Positions 1-8,747 of a stretch of DNA of 64,000 bases are shown here, one piece after another (the stretch's first letter is position 1; each line of letters begins with the position of its first letter). A program made the translations under genes and the position numbers. The notes below the pieces were generated by a model. The model saw only the letters and a program-made list of their open reading frames with translations. It searched no databases and was not told the DNA's origin. The stretch is from an uncultured Verrucomicrobiota bacterium (GTDB lineage: Bacteria; Verrucomicrobiota; Verrucomicrobiia; Limisphaerales; UBA9464): the NCBI GenBank assembly GCA_903910585.1, contig CAIWAH010000379.1, forward strand, positions 3,161 through 67,160, given 5' to 3'.

Positions 1-20
1 GGTGACGTTCCGCCGCCGGC

Positions 21-983
21 TCACTTCAGCCGGGCGTCGAACCAGTCGGCGAATTCGGTGAGGTCCCACAGCATCGTGAGCAGTCCCTTCACCGCGGACA
101 GCCAGGCCAGGGACTTCGGCCAGCCGCGGGTCGGCACCGGTCCGTGGCCGAAGCCGGAGTGGACCACCAGCTCGACCGGCGCGCCCACCTCGCGGGCCTT
201 TGCCAGATAGCGTTCGGACTGGTCGAGCGGCACCAGCGTGTCCGCATCCCCGTGAAACAGGATCGTGGGCGGCAGGTTGGATCGGACGAAGTAGATCGGG
301 GACATTTCGCGGCCCGTGACCTGCCACACGGGCAGGTTTTTCGGCTCCTGCGCAAAGGCCTTCGTGAAGCTCTTCGGCGGGCCGCCGTCGTGGAGGTTCT
401 CGGTGGAATCGCCGAGGTTCAGCAGGTCGGTGACGGGGAAGAAGATCGCCACGGCCTGCACGGCGCTGCTGGCGCGGTCCAGGGCGTTGGTGGCCTCCGC
501 CGGGCCGGGTCCGCCGCGGGTGGCCAGCATGAGGCTGAGGTGCCCGCCGGAACTGCCGCCGGTCACGCCGAGTCGGTCCGGATCCACGCCGTAGTCCCGG
601 GCATGGGTGCGCACAAACCGCACGGCGCGGTTCACGTCCGCGACGATCTCCATGACCGTCGCCCGCGGCTGGGACACATGGTAAACCGGAAACACCGTGT
701 AGCCGTGCCGGAGCAACGGGGCCGCGAGCCACGGCCGCAGGGAATTCGTGCCGGACTTCCAGCTCCCGCTGACCATGAGCAGCACGCCCTTTCCGTTCGG
801 CGTGGGCGGCTGCATCACGTCCACCGTCAGGGTCTCGCCGTTCCGCTGCCCGTAGGCCAGGCCGCGGGTCCAGGTGAATTTCGGGTGAAAGTAAAGCCAG
901 GCGATCCCGGTGAGGAGTCCCAGCGCCGCCACCGCGAGGGCAAGGGCGAGCAACAGCGATTTGAGCAGGCGGAAAAGCTTCAC
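21..983 (-). CDS. Alpha/beta hydrolase (esterase/lipase, BD-FAE-like) with N-terminal membrane anchor
   Basis: GGSSGG nucleophile elbow, SGSW oxyanion-region motif, HGDAD and a C-terminal His. Start placed at GTG 983 (VKLFRLLK), just before the hydrophobic segment. Confidence 0.85.
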   Translation of the reverse strand: MKLFRLLKSLLLALALAVAALGLLTGIAWLYFHPKFTWTRGLAYGQRNGETLTVDVMQPPTPNGKGVLLMVSGSWKSGTNSLRPWLAAPLLRHGYTVFPVYHVSQPRATVMEIVADVNRAVRFVRTHARDYGVDPDRLGVTGGSSGGHLSLMLATRGGPGPAEATNALDRASSAVQAVAIFFPVTDLLNLGDSTENLHDGGPPKSFTKAFAQEPKNLPVWQVTGREMSPIYFVRSNLPPTILFHGDADTLVPLDQSERYLAKAREVGAPVELVVHSGFGHGPVPTRGWPKSLAWLSAVKGLLTMLWDLTEFADWFDARLK

Positions 984-1375
984 GGATGGACGGTCCCCGC
1001 ACCTGGTTGGGGCCGGGATGCCGGCCAGTCTGGCACGGTCGCCGAGCCGCGGGAAGAAGTGGCTGCCGGGAGAGTGGAAGCCGGGGGCAAAATCACGGGC
1101 TTGGACCGACACACGTAAGATTTACGGCCCAAGCCCGCGCCCCATCCATTCGGACAGGAAATGGGAGACACGGCGCGAAGTGTCCAAGGGGCTCTTCGGC
1201 AGGATTGGGGCAAAGCTTCAGTGGACTCCGCAGACCCGGGCTGACGTTGGTCGCCCCGGCGAACGATCAAATCCTCTCCCGCGTTTTTGGATGACCAGAA
1301 GGTATAGCCGGGAGCGGGCGGTGCTGTGTTGCGTTGGGGCAGAGAGGCGTGGTTCCGGATGCCAGTCGGAACGGG

Positions 1376-1762
1376 TCAACAACCTTCCCGATACCGGTTC
1401 ACGACGACATGCCCCCAGCCTTGGCTTTGAGGCGGCGGCACGGTCTTACTGACCTCGGCTCTGAATATCTGACTGTCGTTTGGAATCACCGCGATGGGAT
1501 TACGCCGCACTTTGGGACCGCCAAGCCTCCCTTGCAAAGCGTCGAGCACATCTTTGAGGCGATTGTCCAAGTCGTGCCAACGGATGCTGGAAGTGGCAAG
1601 GTAGAGTATCACTTCAATCTCAAGCCTGTCGTCTGACCGATATACAACTCCCGCGCTTTGTGCAGCAGCGCATGCGGCTTGATGAATGCGCTGCCGCCAG
1701 TCGAGTCGTGGATGAGCGTATGGAGGAAGCCGGAATTGAAGTGTGAGTCGTCTTTTGGCCAT
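1376..1762 (-). CDS. rusA: RusA-family crossover junction endodeoxyribonuclease
   Basis: 128 aa with DLDNRLKDVLDAL...NDSQI, matching the RusA DxDNxxKxxxDAL...DD motif. Confidence 0.75.
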   Translation of the reverse strand: MAKRRLTLQFRLPPYAHPRLDWRQRIHQAACAAAQSAGVVYRSDDRLEIEVILYLATSSIRWHDLDNRLKDVLDALQGRLGGPKVRRNPIAVIPNDSQIFRAEVSKTVPPPQSQGWGHVVVNRYREGC

Positions 1763-1778
1763 GCGCCGGCAGATAGGT

Positions 1779-2126
1779 TCAGCGGCCGACTTCCTGGGCG
1801 GACACCAGCTTCCCGTCCGGGCCGAAGGTCAGCCGCAGCGTGGGCCGGGCGCCGACGGTGCCGAGTGTGGTGCCGGTGCCGACCGCGGTGTTGGCCCCGA
1901 AGCTCGCCAACCCCAGGCTGACGGTCATGCCCCCGCGCCGCGTGACGAACCAGTCCGCCACCCGGCCTCCGTCGGACAACGTCTCCGTCTTGTCGGGCGG
2001 CCCGAGTTCCTTCACCGCACTGTCGTAGGCGTAGTTGCCCACCCGCGCCGGCCAGTCCGTCTTGCCGGAGGCACAACCGGCGGCAAGCAGGAGCACGCTC
2101 AGGAAGGCGGCGAAGATTCGTTGCAC
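1779..2126 (-). CDS. Small hypothetical lipoprotein
   Basis: Lipobox LAAGC after a hydrophobic signal; LGPPD motif resembles SmpA/BamE-like lipoproteins. Confidence 0.7.
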   Translation of the reverse strand: MQRIFAAFLSVLLLAAGCASGKTDWPARVGNYAYDSAVKELGPPDKTETLSDGGRVADWFVTRRGGMTVSLGLASFGANTAVGTGTTLGTVGARPTLRLTFGPDGKLVSAQEVGR

Positions 2127-2206
2127 AGGAGCCAGCGTAGTCGGGAACCGGGGACGGTAAATCCGGGAATTCAGGCAGTGACCGTCGCGTAGTGGCCAGC
2201 CCCTCC

Positions 2207-2284
2207 GTAGCCGCCGACGTGAGGAGGCGGACCGCCAGATTCAATTGCGCGTTTCCGGTTCCGCCTCCTGACGTCGGCGGCTAC
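2207..2284. repeat. Inverted REP doublet (REPIN), GTAG family 1, upstream of RAYT
   Basis: GTAGCCGCCGACGTGAGGAGGCGGA at 2207-2231 and inverted copy TCCGCCTCCTGACGTCGGCGGCTAC at 2260-2284. Confidence 0.92.
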
Positions 2285-2293
2285 AAACCGCGG

Positions 2294-2851
2294 GTGCCCT
2301 TCGAGCCGAAACGCAACCTGCCGCGTCTGGAGAAGCACCATTATCAGGGCCACGCCACCGTCTTCTGGACCTTGACCCTGGAGGAACGGGCCCGCGGTTG
2401 GCTGAACCCGGATTTTCACCGCACGTTTCGTGAGCTGATGCTCCATGCCTCGGTCCGCTACCAGGTCTGGTGCCCGACCTACTGCCTCATGCCGGATCAC
2501 CTGCATCTGCTCTGGATGGGGCTGCGGCGTGCCAGCGACCAGCGCAACGCCATGAAGTTCCTCCGCACGGAACTGGAACCGGCGTTGGGCGAGGGACGCC
2601 AATGGCAGCATCAGCCTCACGACCACGTATTGCGCGAGGAGGAGCGGAAGCGGAATGCGTATGCCCAAACCTGCTTTTACATCCTGGCCAATCCGGTTCG
2701 GGCGAAGCTCGTCACCGGGAACGACCGCTGGCCCTTCGCCGGCTGCGTGGTGCCGGGCTATCCCCGATTGCATCCGCAGGACGAGGACTTCTGGCCCCTC
2801 TTCTGGAAGCTCTACGTCACGGATCGCGACGCCGAGCCGCCCGCCCCGTAG
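2294..2851 (+). mobile_element. REP-associated tyrosine transposase (RAYT/TnpA-REP, Y1 HUH family)
   Basis: YCLMPDHLHLL (HUH), WQ...DH and YILANPVRAKL (catalytic Tyr, NP) motifs; REP doublets on both sides. Start at GTG 2294. Confidence 0.9.
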
Positions 2852-2923
2852 CCGCCGACGTAAGGAGGCGGACCTGCCATCATCCTGCTCTGACCGAATC
2901 CGCCTCGTTACCTCGGCGGCTAC
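2848..2923. repeat. Inverted REP doublet (REPIN), GTAG family 1, downstream of RAYT
   Basis: GTAGCCGCCGACGTAAGGAGGCGGA at 2848-2872 (contains the RAYT stop codon) and inverted TCCGCCTCGTTACCTCGGCGGCTAC at 2899-2923. Confidence 0.92.
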
Positions 2924-2932
2924 ATGGCTGGC

Positions 2933-3715
2933 TTACCACTGGTGTTCCGACGTCAACGCGCGGTCGAGATGCGTGTAGCCGCCGTCCACGAAGAGAAACT
3001 GGCCCGTGACATGGCTGGCCCGCGCCGAGGCCAGCCACACGATGGAGTCGGCCAGTTCTTCCGCCTTGGTAAGCCGGCGTCCCAGTGGCACGAGCCGTTC
3101 CACCCGGGCGCGTGCCGCGGCGGGGTCGGGCTGGGAATTGAACCAGCGGTCGTATTGGTCCGATTCGCACTCGGCCGGCACCACGCAGTTGACCCGCACA
3201 CCGTCCTTGCCCAGCGCGATGGCCCATTCCCGCGTCAGCGCATTGATCGCGCCCTTCGCGGCGGCGTAACCCGACGTGCCGCCCTGACCGGTCCACGCGA
3301 CCTTCGAGGTCACGTTCACCACGTTGCCCCGGGCGGCCACCAGATGCGGCCGGGCATGGTGGGTCAGCGAGAAGACGTGCAGCAGATTCCGCTGGAGCGA
3401 GCCGAGGAAGTCCGCCGGCGACGCCGTGAGCGGCACGCTGTCGTTCACGCCGGCATTGTTCACCAGCACGTCCAGGGCGCCGAACGCGGCGACCGTCCGG
3501 GCGACGGCCTGTTCGCAGTCCGCCTCGCGCGTGAGATCGGCCTGGAGGAACACCGACCCGGGCAGTTCCGCGGCGAGCGCCGCGCCGGCGGCCGCATCGC
3601 GTCCGAGCAGTGCGACCCGGGCCCCCTCGGCGGCGAACGCGCGGGCGGTGGCGGCCCCGATGCCCTTGGTGGCACCGGTGACGAGGACGGACTTCTGGCG
3701 CAGGTGGAGATCCAT
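2933..3715 (-). CDS. SDR family oxidoreductase (L-fucose dehydrogenase-like)
   Basis: TGATKGIG, NNAGVND and YAAAK motifs. Start at MDLHL. Confidence 0.9.
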   Translation of the reverse strand: MDLHLRQKSVLVTGATKGIGAATARAFAAEGARVALLGRDAAAGAALAAELPGSVFLQADLTREADCEQAVARTVAAFGALDVLVNNAGVNDSVPLTASPADFLGSLQRNLLHVFSLTHHARPHLVAARGNVVNVTSKVAWTGQGGTSGYAAAKGAINALTREWAIALGKDGVRVNCVVPAECESDQYDRWFNSQPDPAAARARVERLVPLGRRLTKAEELADSIVWLASARASHVTGQFLFVDGGYTHLDRALTSEHQW

Positions 3716-3815
3716 GCGCGGACGTTCCAAGGACCGCGCCCAAGCTCAAAGCGCAAAGTGCGGCCGGCCTCGGCCGGCAATCTCCGGGGCGACCGGGGCC
3801 GCCAGGGTGCGATGC

Positions 3816-4547
3816 CTACTTCAGGTCCTCGCCTCCGAGGCCGCCGATGGTCCAGTCGAGGTTGTAGATCAGCGTGGTGCCGTCCTTGAACGGCGCGTTC
3901 AGGCGGTCGTAGGCCGCGTATTCGCCGTGGCCGTCCACGAACAGCAGCGACATGCCGCGTCCGCCGTGGGCGGAACTCGCCGTGCCCTTCTGCACGTTGT
4001 TCCACTTGCCGCGCGCGCTGGCAAAGCACGGCGCGATGGCCTTCTTCGCCGGCGACTTCACCTCGTTCACCTTCCGCACCCGGAGCGCGGCGCCGTCATC
4101 CGTGTGGTAAAACTGGTTGTAGTAGTAATACGAGCAGGGGAAGAGCAGCTGGTTCGTGGGGATCGACTTCGTGGCGATCGCCCACTCGACGTTGAAGGCC
4201 CGGCCCTGTTCGGCCGGACACCGGTAAAAGGCCCGTGCGTTGGTGCTGATGTAGGGATCGAGCAGCTTCAGCAGGTCCACGAAACCCATCTGCGGCCAGT
4301 CGCGGCCGGAGTAGGGGAACTGGTCGCGGTGGTCGCCGGTGTAGAGCGTGTAGGTGATGCCGAGCTGGCGCAGGTTCGACGTGCACCGGGCGAGGTGCGC
4401 CTTGGCCTTCGCCTTGGCCAGTGCCGGCAACAACATCCCGGCCAGGATCGCGATGATGGCGATCACCACCAGCAGCTCGATCAGCGTGAAGGCGGCCCGG
4501 AGGCGCCCGGAAAGGTAAAGGACGGATGCGGGCGGGTCGAATCGCAT
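3816..4547 (-). CDS. Prepilin-type N-terminal cleavage/methylation domain protein with H-X9-DG-like C-terminus
   Basis: [37 protein letters not shown] and [14 protein letters not shown] motifs. Confidence 0.9.
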   Translation of the reverse strand: MRFDPPASVLYLSGRLRAAFTLIELLVVIAIIAILAGMLLPALAKAKAKAHLARCTSNLRQLGITYTLYTGDHRDQFPYSGRDWPQMGFVDLLKLLDPYISTNARAFYRCPAEQGRAFNVEWAIATKSIPTNQLLFPCSYYYYNQFYHTDDGAALRVRKVNEVKSPAKKAIAPCFASARGKWNNVQKGTASSAHGGRGMSLLFVDGHGEYAAYDRLNAPFKDGTTLIYNLDWTIGGLGGEDLK

Positions 4548-4633
4548 AGTGGGAAGCAGAACGGTTGGGCGCGGCGAAGTCGAGTGCGGTAACTCGAGGG
4601 CATGGGCATCTTGCAACTCCGTCGACCTCCCCG

Positions 4634-7600
4634 TTACTCCATCGTGACCCGGACGAAGCGGGTCGGATGAGCGTCGTCCGGCGGGATGGTCACCGTCGGG
4701 GGCGTTTCCGAAAGAATCGTGAAACCGTGCGTCTTGACCCAGACCGGCTTGTCGAGACGGTCGGTCTGTTCGACGGTGATCTTCTTTCCGGGGATGCCGG
4801 GGAAATTCAGCACCAGCCCGGAGTTATCCACGCTGGGCCTGACCTTGGGGTCGACCAGCTTGATGCTGCCGAAATTGGTGGTGACCAGATAGTTGGCCAA
4901 GCGGTTTTCGGGATCGGAAATAACGGGGCTGACCAGATAGGTGCCGGCCGGGCTGGCCGCCGAAGCCTCGGTGATCCAGTCCACAGTGATCCGATCGTTG
5001 TTCTGCAAGCCGATTACCGTTCCGGTCGAAAGCCAATTCGTCGAGCCGACGGCATGGACTTGGTATTTTCCATTCAGCCTCAGTTGTCCGGGCGTGACCA
5101 CGACATTGACCCAGTTGGTTGCGGTCCGGGCGGGCAATAGGCAGTCGTCCACCACTATTTCCAACCGAAAGGTGCCGGCTGCCGTGGGAGATCCCGAAAT
5201 GCCGGAGGCATCAACTCGGCTGAAGCCGGAACGCAGAAATGCCTCAGCACCCGCGATTTTCGCCAGTGAGCACGAGTTGGTGAACAAGGGCGTAAATGCG
5301 CGAGTCGCGTCGCGGCCGTAAGCAAGCTCAACGGAAGCCTCAGAGAGGGCGACCGGCGGGGGCAGCAGTTCGGGCCGCATGCGCCACAACGAGCCCCGAC
5401 CGGCGGACAGCCATGATCCGTCCTCCAGTTCAAGCGGAGGGGTTACGGTATTGCCGTCAACGTAAAGTCCGGCAAGGACACCGGCCCCTGACCGGGCCAT
5501 CCGGCGCATTTCACCGCTGACCGGATTCCACCGGAAAAAAGCGGTAGCATCGGAGGAACTTAACCCCACCAGCCAACCGTCCCGGGCGACGGTCAGGCCG
5601 CCGACGGGGACGATCCCGGGTTCATCCGTGGTCATGTTTGAAAAGACCACCTCAGCCTCGGCGCTGCCGGTCGGAATGGAACTCCGCCGAAGCCGCAGCA
5701 TCTCGCAGGTCACGACATTGGTGGAGTTGAAGATTGGCGGTCGGCCGCGGAGAACATAGAGGTTTCCGTCCAAGGCCTCGACCAGACCGCCGACCAGGCG
5801 AAGGTCGCTGTTTCGGCGGGTGAGGCGAGCAAGGGTGCGATAGCCGGCGCCTGCGATGCTGATGCGGAAAAGACCATCCGAATCATGCTGACCATCACCG
5901 GTGCCTTCCGTGAGGCCATAGAGAAACCCGTCACGGCCGATGAGCAATTCCGGGCGGGGCTGCCACCGGTCCCCGAGTGTGGCGCCAAATTCGTGCAGCA
6001 CGGTCAGCCGAGCCCTTTCGGGATCGAAGCGGAAGAGAGTGCCCAAATCTGCGGCCCCACCGCGAGGCGTCGTGCCAAAGAGCTGGCCGTCGCCGGCGAC
6101 CATCAGGCCGCACCGCGGTCGGGCGGTCCCCTGATAGGTGCCGGGCAGGGTTGCCACGATTTCGAATGCGCCGGTGCCCGGATGAAGGCGGTATAGCTTG
6201 GGTGTGAAATCGTCGTGGCCACCCAGCTCGCTGGTTCCATAGAGCCATCCATCGGCGCCGCGAACCAAAAAGCCCGAGGGACTCAGGACATCTCCTTCGC
6301 CGCCGGTAAAGGAGTGCAGGATGGCGTTGGTGGAACCGTCCTCTCTGGCGAGGAACACCGTGCCGGAATTCAGGATGCCCCCAAGCCAAGACACTCCGAA
6401 GAGGTTCCCTTTACCGTCACGTATGAGCGGGCCCGCGACCCGGTCGGCGTCCGCACCGGTCGCCCCGAGTCCGCGGATACGCCGAACGCCTGACAGACCT
6501 GGGCGGAATGAGATGATTCCGGAGCGGCTCGGGGAGAGCAGCAGACCGTCGTCGTTCTTGAGCCAGCGGCCGGCACCAGCTGACTGTGGAATGTCAGAAT
6601 TCAGGCCGAGCACTTCCGCTTGGACGGTCGTTGCCGGGGTGGTGGGCAGGGGCACCCGGAAAACGCCCACGCTGGAACCCTGCTGATGCGGGCCACCTCC
6701 GACTGATCCATAGATATATCCGCCGTGCTCCACCGGGCGGCCGAACAGGGCGTCCAGCGGTCCGTTCGCCCCGCATTGCTCGACCCTGGGACCCCAGCAC
6801 TCGAAAGAGTTTGGCGGGACGGCCACAATCTCAGGGCTTCCGTCGCCATGCACCCGATACAGAAGGTTGTAAAAGAAGTGACCTGCAGTGCCGTAGAGCA
6901 GGCCGTCGCTGCCCAGCATCAGCGCCGATCGGCTTTCGCTCGGATTCCGGCGGCAAAGATCACCTGAGAGCCGCGACCAAAGGGTGCAGTCCGACCCGTC
7001 AGGCCGACAGCGTGCAATTCCGCCACAACCGGTGTCACCCCCGGTCTGCCCGAGGATATACAGCCAGCCATTCTCTCCCTGAAGCACGCCGCGGTTGAAG
7101 TTTGCCAACCCGCTGGCGGCCAATGAATGGAAGACCGGAGCGGTGCCATCCGGTTGCAGCCGGTAAAATCCGTCCGCCGTGGTGACACAGAGCGTTGCAT
7201 CCGCCAATTGGACGAGGTCGGACCACAGGGGTTTTGAAAGCCCGCCCAACTGGCGGAGGTTGGTCAGTTCGCCAGTGGACGGGTCATAGCGGAAAAGCAT
7301 CGGTTGGGTCGTGCCCATAACCACAAACGTGAGCCCTTCACGGGTCACGGTCACGGCGCTCGAAACCCACCCTGCGGTTGCCACGACGTCGGCGTGGGAA
7401 AGCCAGTTAGCTCCGTCAGCTCCGACACTGAAAAGCACGTTAGCATGTTTTCCGGTCCAGGAGGCATCCAGGTCGCTGACTGCCACTCCCCAGATCCGCC
7501 CGTCTGGCGCCAGGGCGATGGAGCTGACGCCTGCGTTGAAATTCCGTTCCCCAGCGCCAAACCGCCGCAGAATTCCGGCCTGCAGGTCCACGGTGGCAGT

Positions 7601-7774
7601 CGTCGGCAGGGAAATGGTTCCGCCATTCAGCTTGGGTAACCACTGAGGCGTTTTCGGCGCGCCAGGTTGGATGGATTGATTACTTCCGGAGCCAAATGTC
7701 CCCAGCAGAGGCCAGCACCAGAAGACCAGAAATAGGCTCCTAAGCGGGGAGCGCGGGCGACACTGTTTGAGCAT
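4634..7774 (-). CDS. Large secreted beta-propeller repeat protein (GloVer-type choice-of-anchor repeats) with MBG-like domain
   Basis: Repeated DGxLYGTxxxGG...GTVF/GTLF units, an MBG-like region (ASPAGTYLV...NYLVT) and a C-terminal W...RFVRV tail. Start uncertain (ORF is open to 7837). Confidence 0.7.
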   Translation of the reverse strand: MLKQCRPRSPLRSLFLVFWCWPLLGTFGSGSNQSIQPGAPKTPQWLPKLNGGTISLPTTATVDLQAGILRRFGAGERNFNAGVSSIALAPDGRIWGVAVSDLDASWTGKHANVLFSVGADGANWLSHADVVATAGWVSSAVTVTREGLTFVVMGTTQPMLFRYDPSTGELTNLRQLGGLSKPLWSDLVQLADATLCVTTADGFYRLQPDGTAPVFHSLAASGLANFNRGVLQGENGWLYILGQTGGDTGCGGIARCRPDGSDCTLWSRLSGDLCRRNPSESRSALMLGSDGLLYGTAGHFFYNLLYRVHGDGSPEIVAVPPNSFECWGPRVEQCGANGPLDALFGRPVEHGGYIYGSVGGGPHQQGSSVGVFRVPLPTTPATTVQAEVLGLNSDIPQSAGAGRWLKNDDGLLLSPSRSGIISFRPGLSGVRRIRGLGATGADADRVAGPLIRDGKGNLFGVSWLGGILNSGTVFLAREDGSTNAILHSFTGGEGDVLSPSGFLVRGADGWLYGTSELGGHDDFTPKLYRLHPGTGAFEIVATLPGTYQGTARPRCGLMVAGDGQLFGTTPRGGAADLGTLFRFDPERARLTVLHEFGATLGDRWQPRPELLIGRDGFLYGLTEGTGDGQHDSDGLFRISIAGAGYRTLARLTRRNSDLRLVGGLVEALDGNLYVLRGRPPIFNSTNVVTCEMLRLRRSSIPTGSAEAEVVFSNMTTDEPGIVPVGGLTVARDGWLVGLSSSDATAFFRWNPVSGEMRRMARSGAGVLAGLYVDGNTVTPPLELEDGSWLSAGRGSLWRMRPELLPPPVALSEASVELAYGRDATRAFTPLFTNSCSLAKIAGAEAFLRSGFSRVDASGISGSPTAAGTFRLEIVVDDCLLPARTATNWVNVVVTPGQLRLNGKYQVHAVGSTNWLSTGTVIGLQNNDRITVDWITEASAASPAGTYLVSPVISDPENRLANYLVTTNFGSIKLVDPKVRPSVDNSGLVLNFPGIPGKKITVEQTDRLDKPVWVKTHGFTILSETPPTVTIPPDDAHPTRFVRVTME

Positions 7775-7894
7775 GGCTTGGTAGACTGTTGGCGGGAAAC
7801 GTCGGTGAAGCAGATGCGCGCACGATCGTTGGTGCAAGCTGGATTCCTCATGCCAGTCCGGACGACAGGTCTGCCTATCCTTGCGGAGGTATCG

Positions 7895-8027
7895 CTGTAA
7901 CCTCGCTCCACAGCCGCCTCAGGAAGTGGGTGCATGAACTCGGAACCGTCCGTGCCGAAATGTCCGCAGTGCGGCGTCGCCATCCCGGCCGACGCCCCGC
8001 AGGGATTCTGCCCGCGCTGTGTCCTCC
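7895..8027 (+). pseudogene. Duplicate of the Ser/Thr kinase upstream region and first 31 codons (Zn ribbon), then truncated
   Basis: 133-bp direct repeat of 8709-8841 (offset 814). Encodes MNSEPSVPKCPQCG...CPRCVL, after which similarity ends. Confidence 0.85.
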
Positions 8028-8080
8028 CGGCCCGTAGGCTTCAGGGCGAGGTTCCGGCCGGGTCTGCAAGGTATGCGCTG

Positions 8081-8103
8081 GCCGGCAGGATGCCGGCGCT
8101 CCC
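8081..8103. repeat. REP family 2 (GGAG type), upstream of decayed RAYT
   Basis: GCCGGCAGGATGCCGGCGCTCCC, followed by a degenerate second copy at 8104-8125. Confidence 0.8.
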
Positions 8104-8139
8104 GGGCAAGAGGGCGGCGCTCCCAGGCAAAGGGTCGGT

Positions 8140-8611
8140 GCTGCCAGTGAGCAGCAGCGCCAGACGGAACTGCGCCGTCGGGTTGAGGAGCATCTCGATG
8201 CCGGACACGGTGAATGCTGGCTGCGGCGGCCGGCGGTGGCGACGCTCGTCGAAGGCGCGTTGCGTCATTTCGATGGGGAACGCTACCGGTTGCTCGCCTG
8301 GTGCGTGATGCCCAATCACGTCCACGCGTTGATTGAGACGCGGGATGGGTTCCCTTTGGCCGACGTGCTCCACTCGTGGAAATCGCTTCACGAGCAAGGA
8401 AGCGAACCGCCTGCTCGGGCGCACCGGCGAGTTCTGGCAGAGCGAGTATCTGGACCGCTACATGCGTGATGCCGGGCACTACGCGGCGGTCATCGCCTAC
8501 ATCGAAGAAAACCCAGTCAAGGCGGGGTTGGCCACGCTGAAGACTGACTGGCCGTGGAGCAGCGCCCGCTTCCGCCATCCTGGGAGCGCCGGCGTCCCGC
8601 CGGCCGGTTGA
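8140..8611 (+). pseudogene. Decayed RAYT transposase (5'-truncated, +1 frameshift)
   Basis: One frame gives HLDAGHGECWL...WCVMPNHVHAL...HSWKS; an extra C at 8386 shifts to FTSKEANRLLGRTGEFWQSEYLDRY...YIEENPVKAGL...WPWSS. In-frame stop at 8035-8037 and no N-terminal RAYT segment. Confidence 0.85.
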
Positions 8612-8663
8612 CTTGGGCATGGGCGTCGCCGTGCGCCCAGGGCCGGCAGGATGCCGGCGCTCC
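8582..8663. repeat. Inverted REP doublet, family 2, downstream of decayed RAYT
   Basis: GGGAGCGCCGGCGTCCCGCCGGC at 8582-8604 and inverted GCCGGCAGGATGCCGGCGCTCC at 8642-8663. Confidence 0.85.
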
Positions 8664-8708
8664 AAGGGGAAATCCGGTCGCCAACGGTCGCCTCCCCCCG
8701 ACGTTTCC

Positions 8709-8747
8709 CTGTAACCTCGCCGCACAGCCTCCTCAGGAAGCGGGTGC
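8709..8747 (+). promoter_or_regulatory. Putative ECF-type promoter of the kinase-sigma operon
   Basis: TGTAACC starts 38 nt before the ATG and is conserved in the duplicate at 7896. AAC-containing -35 boxes are typical of ECF promoters; the assignment is inference. Confidence 0.4.

Noticed and set aside
2192-2293. N-terminal extension of the RAYT ORF (MASPSVAADVRRR...)
   Set aside because: It is REP sequence read in frame; GTG 2294 is the more plausible start.
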